Assembly (NCBI GenBank): GCA_034667245.1
Contig: JAXDKI010000512.1
Coordinates: forward strand, 1 to 50,356
Source: Thermomicrobiales bacterium
Lineage (GTDB): Bacteria; Chloroflexota; Chloroflexia; Thermomicrobiales; UBA6265
DNA length: 50,356 bases
Direction: 5' to 3'
In this document: in pieces, positions 20,368 through 29,956 of the stretch
Numbering within the stretch: the first letter of the stretch is position 1
How the letters are laid out: every line of letters starts with the position of its first letter
The notes under the pieces: generated by a model
The model's input: the letters and a program-made list of their open reading frames with translations, nothing else
What the model was told of the DNA's origin: nothing
Databases searched by the model: none
Program-made: the position numbers and the translations under genes

Positions 20368-21341
20368 CCGGCCACAACCGCCTGCGTTGTCGCGGCGGAA
20401 TCGCCGCTGAGGTCGGGCGTCACCGCGGCACCGACGATCTCGCCGAGATGGTCGATCCGGTGGGTCGTCATCCACTCCTCGAGTTCGCCGATCAGCCGCG
20501 TCAGGAGCGTCGGCTGGGCAAAGATGGCGGTGCCGATCTGGATCGCGCTTGCGCCGGCCATCAGGAATTCGAGGACGTCGGCGAGGCTTGCGATGCCGCC
20601 AATACCGATCACCGGCACGGACACGGCCGCTGCCACATCGTGCACCATCTGTACCGCGATCGGCTTGATAGCAGGTCCGGAAAGACCGCCGGCTCCGGCG
20701 GCGAGTGTCGGTCGACGCCGCTTGGTGTCGATCACCATGCCGGGGAATGAGTTGATCAACGAGACCGCGTCGGCGCCGGCCTCCTCCGCAGCTAAGGCGA
20801 CGTCGACGATGCCGACCGGTGTCGGACTGAGCTTCGCAATGATCGGCAGGCTGGTCGAGGCGCGAACCGCTTCGGTGACCAGAGCCGTCTGGTCAGGGTC
20901 CCAGCCGAAACACACATGGGGTTGATTGCGGTCCGCGCTGCCGAGATTGAGCTCGATCGCCGCCACGCCCGGCACTTCGTCGAGGGCTTCGGCGACCGCG
21001 GCGTACTCGTCGACCGATTCGCCGGCGACGCTGACGATGGCGGGGACACTCCAGGTGGACCAGATGGGAGGGTATTTACGGGCGAACACCCTGACGCCCG
21101 GGTTCTGCAAACCGACGGCACTCAGGAGTCCGGCCGGAGTTTCGGTGAGACGCGGCATCGGGTTGCCGTGTCGGGGGCGCAGGGTGATGCTGGTGGAAAC
21201 GAACGCCCCGAGTCGCTGGACATCGACGATGCCGGCGTACTCCTGGCCGTAACCGAAGCACCCCGATGCCGCGATGACGGGGTTGGTCAGTCGCAGCTCT
21301 CGTGGGTTGCGAGGCGCCAAATCGACCGCCAGCGAGACCAC
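20364..21341 (-). CDS. pyrD: Dihydroorotate dehydrogenase B, catalytic subunit
   Basis: 325 aa from GTG 21341 (GAAGGAGAGG upstream). Motifs 'NPVIAASGCFGYG', 'IAKLSP', 'GGLSGPAIKPIA', 'VIGIGGI'. The long upstream ORF extension was rejected. Confidence 0.9.
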   Translation of the reverse strand: MVSLAVDLAPRNPRELRLTNPVIAASGCFGYGQEYAGIVDVQRLGAFVSTSITLRPRHGNPMPRLTETPAGLLSAVGLQNPGVRVFARKYPPIWSTWSVPAIVSVAGESVDEYAAVAEALDEVPGVAAIELNLGSADRNQPHVCFGWDPDQTALVTEAVRASTSLPIIAKLSPTPVGIVDVALAAEEAGADAVSLINSFPGMVIDTKRRRPTLAAGAGGLSGPAIKPIAVQMVHDVAAAVSVPVIGIGGIASLADVLEFLMAGASAIQIGTAIFAQPTLLTRLIGELEEWMTTHRIDHLGEIVGAAVTPDLSGDSAATTQAVVAG

Positions 21342-21372
21342 AGGGGATGTCCTCTCCTTCCCCACGCTCCGA

Positions 21373-22161
21373 CTACCAAACAAGATCGTCCAGATCGAAG
21401 ACGGGACCGTGGAGACATGATGCCACGGGACCACGGCGGGTCTCGACGATGCAGCCGAGACAGGCGCCGAAGCCACAGGGCATGGGTCGCCCACTCGAGA
21501 CCTGGACCGTCGGTTTGCCGGCGAGGCGATAGGGTTGCAGCACGCGCTTGAGCGAGTGGTACATCGGCTCCGGTCCGCAGGCGAAGACCTGATCGGCCCA
21601 CTGGCCGAAGGATGGGACCAGGTCGGTGACGAAGCCGTGGTGTCCGCGGCTGCCGTCGTCGGTCGCGACAAGGTACTCGACGCGGCTCGGGAGCGACACC
21701 GGCGGGAGCAAACCCTCCTCGGTCGGCGAGCCCATCAGGAACGTGACGTCGCGGCCGGTCTTGACCGCCTCTTCGGCCAGCAAGACGAGCGGGGCCGCGC
21801 CGACGCCGCCCGCGACCAGGAGGAGGTTCGTCGCCTTGGGCGCAACGGTGAACGCGTTGCCAAGAATGCCGATAAGGTTGACCTCGTCGTCCACCCGGCG
21901 ATCGACGAGCCAGGAACTGGCACGGCCGAATGGTCGAGCGAGAACCGTCAGCGTGTCGTCACTCGTCGATGCGCCGAAGAGCGAGAAAGGGCGCCGGAGA
22001 AGGGGATCGAGCGAGAAGCGGTCGCGGCAAAGGATTTCGACGAAGCGCCCGGCGCGGACAGCGCTCGCCAATCCGGTAGGACAGGTAAACGTGAGGAGGG
22101 TGGCGTCGCCCATGATGGGCTCGGTGGCGACGACTGTACCGACGAACTCGTGCGCCACCAT
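21373..22161 (-). CDS. pyrK: Dihydroorotate dehydrogenase B, electron-transfer (FAD/2Fe-2S) subunit
   Basis: 262 aa with an FAD/NAD-binding fold and a C-terminal cluster 'CGFGACLGC...C'. Confidence 0.88.
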   Translation of the reverse strand: MVAHEFVGTVVATEPIMGDATLLTFTCPTGLASAVRAGRFVEILCRDRFSLDPLLRRPFSLFGASTSDDTLTVLARPFGRASSWLVDRRVDDEVNLIGILGNAFTVAPKATNLLLVAGGVGAAPLVLLAEEAVKTGRDVTFLMGSPTEEGLLPPVSLPSRVEYLVATDDGSRGHHGFVTDLVPSFGQWADQVFACGPEPMYHSLKRVLQPYRLAGKPTVQVSSGRPMPCGFGACLGCIVETRRGPVASCLHGPVFDLDDLVW

Positions 22162-22177
22162 GGTCGATCAGTCCGAA

Positions 22178-25100
22178 TCAGTAGCCGAATCCGACGCTTC
22201 GATAGGCAGGCATCGGTTGGACAGTATAGACGTCGGTCGCCTTGGCCATTGCGTGGACCATCGCCCGGGCGGTGTCGATCGAGGTGATGCAGGGAATGCC
22301 CCGCTCAACCGCCGCGCGCCGGATCTCGAGGCCGTCGAGGATCTCCTTGTCGGCCGGGCCGGGTGTGTTGATGACCCCGTTGACGACACCCTTCAGAATG
22401 ACGTCCAAGACGTCCGGTTTGCCGCGGCCGATGCGCTTGGTCACGAGCTGAACGGGCATGCCGGCACGCTCGATCAGCGCGGCCGTGCCTTCCGTGGCGT
22501 AGAGGCGGAATCCCTGGCTCACCAACTGACCAACCATCTCCAGCGAGTCGTTCTTGTCCTCGTCGGCGAGCGAGATGAGGATCGAGCCGCGCGGTGGCAA
22601 TGAGAGTCCGGCCGAGACCAGCGCCTTGAAGAAGGCGGATTCGAAGGTGCGGTCGATACCCATCACCTCACCCGTCGACTTCATCTCGGGTCCGAGGTTG
22701 ACCTCGACCCCGCGTAACTTCGCCATCGAGAAGACCGGGGCCTTGACGGCGACGAGGGGCTGGCGCGGCCAAAGTCCGCCCTTGTAGCCCTGTTCTTTGA
22801 GCGACTTCCCGAGCATGATGTTCGTCGCGAGCCTGACCATTGGGACGCCGGTGACCTTGCTTAAGAAGGGGACGGTTCGGGAGGAGCGTGGGTTGACTTC
22901 GAGGACATAGATGCGGCCGACGTGGACGACGTACTGGATGTTGATCAGTCCTCGGGCGCCGATCTCGCGGGCGATGCGGGTCGTGTAGTCCACGATCGTC
23001 TCGATCTCGGCGGGGTAGAGATTCAGGCCGGGATAGACCGCGAACGAATCGCCGGAGTGGACGCCGGCCCGCTCGATGTGCTCCATGATGCCGGGGATGA
23101 GAACCGATTCGCCGTCACAGATGGCATCGACCTCGACCTCTTTGCCGAGGAGGTACTTGTCGACGAGAACGGGGTGATCCGGGGTCATCGTCGTCGCGTT
23201 GCGGATATATCTGGCGAGCTGGTCTGGACCGTAGACGACCTCCATCGCGCGTCCGCCGAGGACGTAGGAGGGACGAACGAGGACGGGGTAGCCGATGCGC
23301 TCAGCGACGTCCTGGGCGTCGGCCAGCGAGGTGACGGCGGAGCCATGTGGTTGCGGTATGCCGAGGCGTCGGAGGAACGCCTCGAAGCGTTCACGATCCT
23401 CGGCCAGGTCGATCGACTCGAGCGAGCTGCCCATGATCTGGGCACCGCGCTCGGAAAGTGGTGCCGCGAGGTTGATGGCGGTCTGACCGCCGAACTGGAC
23501 GATCACCGGTGGCATGGAAGGGTCGTCGGCGCGTCGGCCCTCGTGGCGGAGGATCTCGTGGACGCTCTCGGTATCGAGCGGCTCGAAGTAGAGGCGGTCG
23601 GAGGCGTCGAAGTCGGTCGAGACGGTTTCGGGGTTGGAATTGACCATGATCGAGGCGACACCGGCGTCGTGGAGGGCGTGAGCGGCCTGAACCGAGCAGT
23701 AGTCGAACTCGATCCCCTGACCGATCCGGATCGGACCTGAGCCGAGAACCAGGGCACGGGGTCCGTTGATCGGCGTGGCCTCGTCTTCCTCCTCGTAGGT
23801 GGAGTAGAAGTAGGGCGTGGCAGCGGCAAACTCGCCGGCGCAGGTATCGACCATCTTGTAGACCGGCCGCATGCCGAGCTCGTCGCGGCGATCGCGGACG
23901 GCAGTGGAGGTTTGGCCGGAGAGGCGAGCAATCGTCTCATCAGAGAAGCCGGCGCGCTTGGCGGACCAGAGCAACTCGCCGTCGAGCGGGCCGGTTGCCA
24001 GGCAGCTTTCGAGGCGGACGATGCCGGCCATCTTGTCGAGGAACCAGTGGTCGATCCGGCTCCACTCGTGGATGGTGCCGGGCGCGACGCCGCGGCGGAG
24101 GGCAGCCATCACCGCCCAAAGACGGAGATCGTTCGGGCGGCGGATAAGCTCCTCGATGGTGGCGTCGTCCCAGGACGGGTCCTCCCAGTGGAGGTCCTTG
24201 GGACCGGCTTCGAGCGAGCGGACGGCTTTGTTGAGGGCACCTTCGAACGACCGGTCGATCGCCATCACTTCGCCGGTCGCCTTCATCTGCGTATTGATCG
24301 TGCGATCGGCGCGGCCGAACTTGTCGAAGGGCCAGCGCGGGATCTTGGCGACGACGTAGTCGAGGGCCGGTTCGAAGGCGGCTGTCGTCTTTTGGGTGAC
24401 CGCGTTGGTGAGCTCGTCGAGGCGCTTGCCGATAGCGATTTTGGCCGCGATGCGGGCGATCGGGTAGCCGGTCGCCTTCGAGGCGAGGGCGGAGGAGCGG
24501 CTGACGCGCGGGTTGACCTCGATGACGGAGTAGGCATAGGAATGGGGGTCGAGTGCGTACTGGATGTTGCAGCCGCCCTCGATGCGGAGGGCGCGGATGA
24601 TCTTGAGTGCTGAGGAGCGGAGCATCTGGTATTCGCGGTCGGAGAGGGTCTGTGACGGAGCGACGACGATGCTGTCGCCGGTGTGGACCCCCATTGGATC
24701 GAAGTTTTCCATGTTGCAGATGGTGATGCAGGTGTCTGCGCTGTCGCGCATCACCTCGTACTCGATCTCTTTCCAGCCAGTGAGCGAGCGTTCGAGGAGG
24801 ATCTGCCCGATCGGGCTGGCGTTGATGCCGCTGGCGACGATGCGGTCGAGTTCAGCGTCGGTGTGAGCAACGCCGCCGCCGGTCCCGCCGAGGGTGAAGG
24901 CAGGCCGGATCACCAGCGGCAGGGGTACTCGGGTGGCGAACTCGCGCGCCTCTTCAAGCGAGGTGATGATGGCACTCTCGACGGCCGGTTCGCCGATGTC
25001 CTCCAACAGCTGTTTGAAGAGGGCCCGGTCTTCCGCCTGCTTGATCGAGTCGAGCTGGGTGCCGAGCAACCGGACGCCGTAGCGATCGAGGATGCCGAGC

Positions 25101-25408
25101 TCGGCGACCTGGACGGCGAGGTTGAGACCGGTTTGGCCGCCGAGGGTCGGGAGGAGACCATCGGGGCGCTCGCGTTGGATGACGCGGCGGACGACTTCGG
25201 GGGTGAGCGGCTCGATATAGACCGCGTCGGCCACGTCCTCGTCGGTCATGATCGTGGCGGGGTTGGAGTTGATCAGGATCGTCCGGATGCCCTCTTCGCG
25301 AAGGGCGCGACAGGCCTGAGTACCGGCGTAGTCGAATTCGGCGGCCTGACCGATCACGATCGGCCCCGAGCCGAGGACGAGGACGCTTCGAATGGGAGTT
25401 GCTGACAC
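22178..25408 (-). CDS. carB: Carbamoyl-phosphate synthase large subunit
   Basis: 1076 aa with duplicated ATP-grasp halves ('[23 protein letters not shown]' and '[23 protein letters not shown]') and an MGS-like C-terminus. GTG start abuts the carA stop. Confidence 0.95.
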   Translation of the reverse strand: MSATPIRSVLVLGSGPIVIGQAAEFDYAGTQACRALREEGIRTILINSNPATIMTDEDVADAVYIEPLTPEVVRRVIQRERPDGLLPTLGGQTGLNLAVQVAELGILDRYGVRLLGTQLDSIKQAEDRALFKQLLEDIGEPAVESAIITSLEEAREFATRVPLPLVIRPAFTLGGTGGGVAHTDAELDRIVASGINASPIGQILLERSLTGWKEIEYEVMRDSADTCITICNMENFDPMGVHTGDSIVVAPSQTLSDREYQMLRSSALKIIRALRIEGGCNIQYALDPHSYAYSVIEVNPRVSRSSALASKATGYPIARIAAKIAIGKRLDELTNAVTQKTTAAFEPALDYVVAKIPRWPFDKFGRADRTINTQMKATGEVMAIDRSFEGALNKAVRSLEAGPKDLHWEDPSWDDATIEELIRRPNDLRLWAVMAALRRGVAPGTIHEWSRIDHWFLDKMAGIVRLESCLATGPLDGELLWSAKRAGFSDETIARLSGQTSTAVRDRRDELGMRPVYKMVDTCAGEFAAATPYFYSTYEEEDEATPINGPRALVLGSGPIRIGQGIEFDYCSVQAAHALHDAGVASIMVNSNPETVSTDFDASDRLYFEPLDTESVHEILRHEGRRADDPSMPPVIVQFGGQTAINLAAPLSERGAQIMGSSLESIDLAEDRERFEAFLRRLGIPQPHGSAVTSLADAQDVAERIGYPVLVRPSYVLGGRAMEVVYGPDQLARYIRNATTMTPDHPVLVDKYLLGKEVEVDAICDGESVLIPGIMEHIERAGVHSGDSFAVYPGLNLYPAEIETIVDYTTRIAREIGARGLINIQYVVHVGRIYVLEVNPRSSRTVPFLSKVTGVPMVRLATNIMLGKSLKEQGYKGGLWPRQPLVAVKAPVFSMAKLRGVEVNLGPEMKSTGEVMGIDRTFESAFFKALVSAGLSLPPRGSILISLADEDKNDSLEMVGQLVSQGFRLYATEGTAALIERAGMPVQLVTKRIGRGKPDVLDVILKGVVNGVINTPGPADKEILDGLEIRRAAVERGIPCITSIDTARAMVHAMAKATDVYTVQPMPAYRSVGFGY

Positions 25409-26599
25409 TTACTGGGACCCTCGTCTAGCGGCGGTTTGGGACCGGTCGGCGATCATCGTGAGGAATTCATCGAAGAGGTAGCCGTTGTCCCACGGTCCGG
25501 GCGAAGCCTCGGGATGGAACTGAACCGAGATGACGGGACGGGTCCTGTGCGTCAGGCCTTCAACCGATCGATCGTTCAGATTGACCAGGGCGACCCGCCA
25601 GTCGTCGTCGTTGGGCAGAGTGTTCTCAAGGACACGGAAGCCGTGGTTTTGGGAGGTGATCGAGACGTGGCCGCTCCGGAGATCGAGCACCGGGTGGTTG
25701 CCGCCGCGGTGCCCGAATTTCAGCTTTCCAGTATCGGCGCCGATTGCCCTCGCGAGGAGCTGATGGCCCAGACAGATGCCGAAATAGGGTGTGCCGCTGT
25801 GCAGGACATCGCGTACGACGTCCAAACCCTGGTCCAGGTTCGCGGGGTCGCCGGGTCCTGGCGAGACGATCACGCCGTCGGGGTTGAGCGCCGCGATGTC
25901 GGCGTATGGGGTGCCGTAAGGAACGACCGTGACGCGCGCACCGCGTTGCACGAGCGAGCGGAGGATGTTGCGCTTGACGCCGCAATCGACGACGACGACG
26001 TGGGGACCGTCGGGTGGACCGAGCGTCTCGATCTCGTCGGCGGCGACCTCATCGACCACGTCGAGCTCTCCGGGAAGGCGCGCGCGCTGGGCGCGCTCGA
26101 CGAGCTCGGCATCGGTGAGCTCCTGCGCATCGTGAACGAGGACGGCCCGAGTATCGCCGACTGAGCGGATATGTCGTGTCAGTGCCCGCGTATCGACGCC
26201 GGCGATGCCGGCGATGCCGTGCCGTTTCAGATAGGCGTCGAGGGTGCCGATCGAGCGCCAGTTACTCGGGTCGTCGCATTGCTCGCGTACGACCAGGCCG
26301 GCGATCCAAGGACGGCGGGATTCGTCGTCCTCGTCGTTGACGCCATAGTTGCCGATCAGCGGGTAGGTCATGCAGACGATCTGGCGGCGGAAGGAGGGAT
26401 CGGTGCAGACCTCCTGGTAACCGGTCATCGTGGTGGTGAAGACGGCTTCGCCCTCGGCGACGCCCTTGGCACCAAAGGCACGTCCGCGGAAAACCCGGCC
26501 GTCCGCCAACGCAAGCGCGGCGTCGGTGCGGGGGCGAAATGTCAGCACGGGCGAAACGGGGACGACCGTCGCAGTCGTTTCGAGCTGTACTTCAGTCAT
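25409..26599 (-). CDS. carA: Carbamoyl-phosphate synthase small (glutaminase) subunit
   Basis: 396 aa with GATase nucleophile 'FGICLGHQLL' and 'QFHPEA'. The ATG overlaps the pyrC stop (ATGACTGA). Confidence 0.93.
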   Translation of the reverse strand: MTEVQLETTATVVPVSPVLTFRPRTDAALALADGRVFRGRAFGAKGVAEGEAVFTTTMTGYQEVCTDPSFRRQIVCMTYPLIGNYGVNDEDDESRRPWIAGLVVREQCDDPSNWRSIGTLDAYLKRHGIAGIAGVDTRALTRHIRSVGDTRAVLVHDAQELTDAELVERAQRARLPGELDVVDEVAADEIETLGPPDGPHVVVVDCGVKRNILRSLVQRGARVTVVPYGTPYADIAALNPDGVIVSPGPGDPANLDQGLDVVRDVLHSGTPYFGICLGHQLLARAIGADTGKLKFGHRGGNHPVLDLRSGHVSITSQNHGFRVLENTLPNDDDWRVALVNLNDRSVEGLTHRTRPVISVQFHPEASPGPWDNGYLFDEFLTMIADRSQTAARRGSQ

Positions 26600-27923
26600 G
26601 GAACTTCACCTGCCCTCCGACGAGGGTGTAACGGGTTCTTCCGGTCAATGTCATCCCAAGGAGGGGAGTGTTGGCGCTCTTGGTCCTCAGAATTTCGGGG
26701 GTCACGCGCCAGGTCTCGGTCGGATCGAAGACGACGATGTCGGCCGGTGCGCCTGGGGCTAGTGTACCGCCCGGTTTGCCAAGCAGCCGCGCCGGCTCGG
26801 TGCTGAGTCGTCGAATCAGATCGGGGATGGTGAGGTGGCCGGCCCTGACGAGCGCGAGCAGGAGTGGCAGAGCGAACTCAAGACCGTTCATGCCCATGGC
26901 AGCGTGCTCGAAGTCCGTCCCCGTCTTCTCGGGGCTCGCATGGGGGGCGTGGTCCGTGGCAATCACGTCGAAGCTCCCGTCCTTGAGCGCGTCGAGGAGG
27001 CGACGGGTGTCGGCAGCGGTGCGGAGGGGAGGATTCACCTTGGTGTCGGGATGGCCTGGAGTCGCGGGCTCACCGGCGGGCTCGTGGACATTGAGCAACG
27101 TTCGGTCGCCGGCGACCCAGTCGTCGCTCATCGTGAGGTGATGGGGCATGACTTCGGCTGTGACGTGGACGCCATCCGCCTTTGCCTGCCTGATGAGATC
27201 GATGCCCCGGCCGGTGCTGACGTGAAGCACGTGGAGCCAGCCACCGGTCAGGTGAGCGAGCATCAGATCGCGGGCGATGATGATCTCCTCGGCTTCCGGG
27301 GGGATGCCGGAGATGCCGAGCTGTCTGGAGACCAGGCCTTCGTTCATCGCGCCGTCGGCCAGCGCTTTGTCCTCACAGTGGACCATGATCGGGAGATTCA
27401 GGTCGCGACTGGCATCGAGCGCCCGTCGCATGATTGCGCTGTCGCGCGTGGTGTCGCCGTCGTCGGAGAAGCCGATCGCGCCCGCCGCGGCGAGGGCAGC
27501 GAAGTCCACGGCTTGTTCGCCGGCCCGGCCGAGGGTGATGGCGGCGATCGGGTAGACGCGCACCACAGCGTCGCGGGCGATCCGGGCGTTCAGGTCTTCC
27601 AGCGCCTCGACCCGGTCGAGCGCCGGCCGGGTGTTGGGCATGCAGCAGATGGTCGTGAATCCGCCGGCCGCCGCTGCGGCCGTGCCGGTCGCGATCGTCT
27701 CCTTTGCTTCGAACCCGGGTACTCTCAGGTGGACGTGGAGATCGATCAAGCCGGGCGCAACGATGCAGCCGGAGGCATCGAGGGTCTCGACGCCTGAGAG
27801 GTTGCAGTCGTCCCCGACCTGCACGATCACCCCGTCGCGGACGAGGACGTCAGCGGGACGATCGATGCCCTGTGAAGGGTCGACGACATGGCCGCCACGG
27901 ATAAGGCGCGTGCTGTCGCTCAT
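26592..27923 (-). CDS. pyrC: Dihydroorotase
   Basis: 443 aa amidohydrolase with 'DLHVHLR', 'VHCED' and 'ATDHAPH'. ATG has GGACGGAG 6 nt upstream. Confidence 0.9.
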   Translation of the reverse strand: MSDSTRLIRGGHVVDPSQGIDRPADVLVRDGVIVQVGDDCNLSGVETLDASGCIVAPGLIDLHVHLRVPGFEAKETIATGTAAAAAGGFTTICCMPNTRPALDRVEALEDLNARIARDAVVRVYPIAAITLGRAGEQAVDFAALAAAGAIGFSDDGDTTRDSAIMRRALDASRDLNLPIMVHCEDKALADGAMNEGLVSRQLGISGIPPEAEEIIIARDLMLAHLTGGWLHVLHVSTGRGIDLIRQAKADGVHVTAEVMPHHLTMSDDWVAGDRTLLNVHEPAGEPATPGHPDTKVNPPLRTAADTRRLLDALKDGSFDVIATDHAPHASPEKTGTDFEHAAMGMNGLEFALPLLLALVRAGHLTIPDLIRRLSTEPARLLGKPGGTLAPGAPADIVVFDPTETWRVTPEILRTKSANTPLLGMTLTGRTRYTLVGGQVKFHD

Positions 27924-27952
27924 GGGCAGCTCCGTCCCGAGGCGGGCGATTC

Positions 27953-27991
27953 AAAAAAAACGCCCCGAGGTCTGTTGGAGACCTTGAGGCG
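27953..27991 (-). terminator. Intrinsic terminator hairpin plus U8 in the pyrC leader (candidate attenuator)
   Basis: Minus-strand RNA reads CGCCUCAAGGUC-UCCAACA-GACCUCGGGGCG followed by UUUUUUUU. Of 12 stem positions, 10 are Watson-Crick, one is a G-U pair and one is a mismatch. It ends 29 nt before the pyrC ATG. Confidence 0.6.
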
Positions 27992-28058
27992 TCTGTTGAA
28001 GCAGCGTTGTTGTCTCACCGGCACTAGCTACCCTCACCTCTGCGCGAGGCATCGTTGG

Positions 28059-28088
28059 AGTATAGGCGGGTCCGGTTCGAGACGTCAA
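28059..28088 (-). promoter_or_regulatory. Sigma70-like promoter of the pyr operon
   Basis: On the minus strand: TTGACG (28088..28083), 18-nt spacer, TATACT (28064..28059). It lies downstream of the stop of the preceding gene and upstream of the leader terminator. Confidence 0.45.
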
Positions 28089-28120
28089 CCGAGGTTGATG
28101 GCTTGAGTGGGTGCGGGACC

Positions 28121-28708
28121 TCAGCCGCCGGTGTCGATCTTGTCGACCAAGCGGTTCAATTCGGCACGCAGGTTCGTCCAGTTGTCCTCGGGGCCCTCCA
28201 AGGAGAAGGAGTACAGCTCGCCATTCTTGAGCCAGGAGTACTGGCGACCACGGATCACCGTGGGCACGGTGGTGCCACCGACGGCGGTCTGAACGTATGC
28301 GTAATCGGTCATCACGGCCGCGTTGCCGTCGATGGTTGCCGGTTTGCTGCCGAGCTGGGTGTAACCGGGTTCGCCGCGGGCCGGGTTGGCGTTATTGGTG
28401 GACACCGCCTGGAGGAGGTCGATCTGGGGTGTCGTGGCGGTCGAGAGGAAGACGACGGTTTGCGGGTCGTCGTTGGAGACGGCGCGGAAGACCTCGGGTT
28501 CAATGGTCGGGAAGTTGAGCCAACCTCGAGGATAGGAGACCTTGACGGTACCCACCTCGACGGTGCGCACACGGTCGTCGTGCCAATCCTTGATCGCCCA
28601 GCCGGCGAGGAAGGCGACGAGTGCGCCGGCCAGAACGATCAGGTCGCTGGTGGTGAGACGCGGACGCCGCATTCGGATGTCGTAGAGATCACTCGTGGCG
28701 ACGGCCAT
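28121..28708 (-). CDS. Membrane-anchored hypothetical protein (195 aa)
   Basis: A short basic N-terminus, one TM segment 'LIVLAGALVAFLAGWAI' and an extracytoplasmic domain of about 150 aa. The ATG is 1 nt after the stop of the PrsW-like gene (TAATATG). Confidence 0.6.
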   Translation of the reverse strand: MAVATSDLYDIRMRRPRLTTSDLIVLAGALVAFLAGWAIKDWHDDRVRTVEVGTVKVSYPRGWLNFPTIEPEVFRAVSNDDPQTVVFLSTATTPQIDLLQAVSTNNANPARGEPGYTQLGSKPATIDGNAAVMTDYAYVQTAVGGTTVPTVIRGRQYSWLKNGELYSFSLEGPEDNWTNLRAELNRLVDKIDTGG

Positions 28709-28709
28709 A

Positions 28710-29717
28710 TTACCGGTCTCCCGAAGGTGCGGGCGTCGGCCGCCCGGCGAGTGTCAGCGTTTCCTTGACCGCACTTCGAAGCAGGTAGAAGACGACGCCG
28801 AAGACAGCGACCGCAAAGAGTCCGGCGACGAGGACGCCGCGCCAGGCTTCGAAGCCCAGTTCCCGCGCGGTGACCTCGGATTGGAGCCAATCAAAGCAGC
28901 CGTTGAGGAGCGCGGACAGGCCGACGAAGAGCGCGGCGTACCAGGGAGCGTGCTTCTCGAACTTCACCTGGCCGAGGCCGTAGCCGACGATACCGCCGAG
29001 GGCGGCCAGTGCGAGCGCATTGACGATGATTCGGGTCGTGCCGACGTCGAGATTCAGCCCGCGGTGGTCCAGGACGTAGTTGAAATTCAGGAGCGTCGCG
29101 ATGCCAAGGCCGGCGGCGGTCCCGTAGATCACGCCGTCTGCCCGCTCGTCGAACTCCTCGGTTAGATAGACGGTGAACCGAACGACCACGTAGACCGTGA
29201 GCGCCTGGACGACGCCCTGGGTGAGGGTTTGCACGAGGATCGAGTAGAACCAGTTGTCTGGTCGCCAGGTATTGAGGTCGAGCAGGTTGCGCCGGAGCGG
29301 TTCGTCGACGGTTCCGGCGATGAGCGCGCCGAGAACCATCGTACTGAACAGGAACGCGTGGGGCTCGGCTTCGAGGCGATCGAGCTGCCGGAAGACGCCG
29401 AGCCAGAGTACGGCCGGCACGATGGCGAGGATGAGGCCAATCAGTACGATCCAGTCATTACTGACTTCGTCTGAGATGTTGTCCCCGACCGCCAGCATCA
29501 AGATGGCGAGGGCGCCGAGTCCGACGACCATGGCCGCCAGGGCCGGCCAGGTGCCGCGGCTGCCCATGGTCGCGCGCGCGTAGTGTTCATTGCAATAGGT
29601 TCTGCCGCCCAGTGTGTGGATTTTTCCCGTGAGCGGGGAATGGCAAACCACACATTCGAGCTCCTCGTCGGGGTGAGGAACAGCCCTTAGCGATTGCGAT
29701 TGCTCCACTGGTCTCAT
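28710..29717 (-). CDS. PrsW-like intramembrane protease with N-terminal zinc-ribbon
   Basis: N-terminal 'CVVCHSPL...GGRTYCNEHY' is followed by about 8 TM segments. These carry 'EEFDERADGVIYGTAAGLGIA', which resembles the PrsW-family acidic/Gly-rich motif. Start is taken as ATG 29717. The TTG at 29879 falls inside the predicted promoter. Confidence 0.65.
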   Translation of the reverse strand: MRPVEQSQSLRAVPHPDEELECVVCHSPLTGKIHTLGGRTYCNEHYARATMGSRGTWPALAAMVVGLGALAILMLAVGDNISDEVSNDWIVLIGLILAIVPAVLWLGVFRQLDRLEAEPHAFLFSTMVLGALIAGTVDEPLRRNLLDLNTWRPDNWFYSILVQTLTQGVVQALTVYVVVRFTVYLTEEFDERADGVIYGTAAGLGIATLLNFNYVLDHRGLNLDVGTTRIIVNALALAALGGIVGYGLGQVKFEKHAPWYAALFVGLSALLNGCFDWLQSEVTARELGFEAWRGVLVAGLFAVAVFGVVFYLLRSAVKETLTLAGRPTPAPSGDR

Positions 29718-29850
29718 TCTCCCCCGGGTCTCGACGCCCCCGTGTGAGGCACCTGCAACGTCAGTCACCGGACGTCCGACGACGCGCCAAGACGGAGCGG
29801 CGAACGACAGACGTAGGATCGCATAATCTCGTTCGTCGAACCTAAACGCT

Positions 29851-29879
29851 ATCGTACGATCGACGCGAATTCTTGCCAA
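29851..29879 (-). promoter_or_regulatory. Sigma70-like promoter for the PrsW-like gene
   Basis: On the minus strand: TTGGCA (29879..29874), 17-nt spacer, TACGAT (29856..29851). Confidence 0.4.
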
Positions 29880-29909
29880 CCCTGACGATGGGTCCGCTCA
29901 TTCCGGCTC

Positions 29910-29956
29910 GGCGAAACGACCGCCCGACAATGTGGGTGCGACGTGGTCGTTTCGCC
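29910..29956 (-). repeat. Perfect 12-bp inverted repeat starting at the DUF3090 stop codon (possible terminator or processing stem)
   Basis: ggcgaaacgacc (29910..29921) / ggtcgtttcgcc (29945..29956) with a 23-nt loop. No U-tract follows. Confidence 0.4.

Noticed and set aside
27990-28058. Calling the pyr leader a bona fide PyrR-binding (Rfam-type) element.
   Set aside because: Only a loose resemblance exists ('GCAGAGGUGAGG' against the remembered 'CCAGAGAGG' loop), and no pyrR is in the window. I kept it as an attenuator of unknown mechanism instead.
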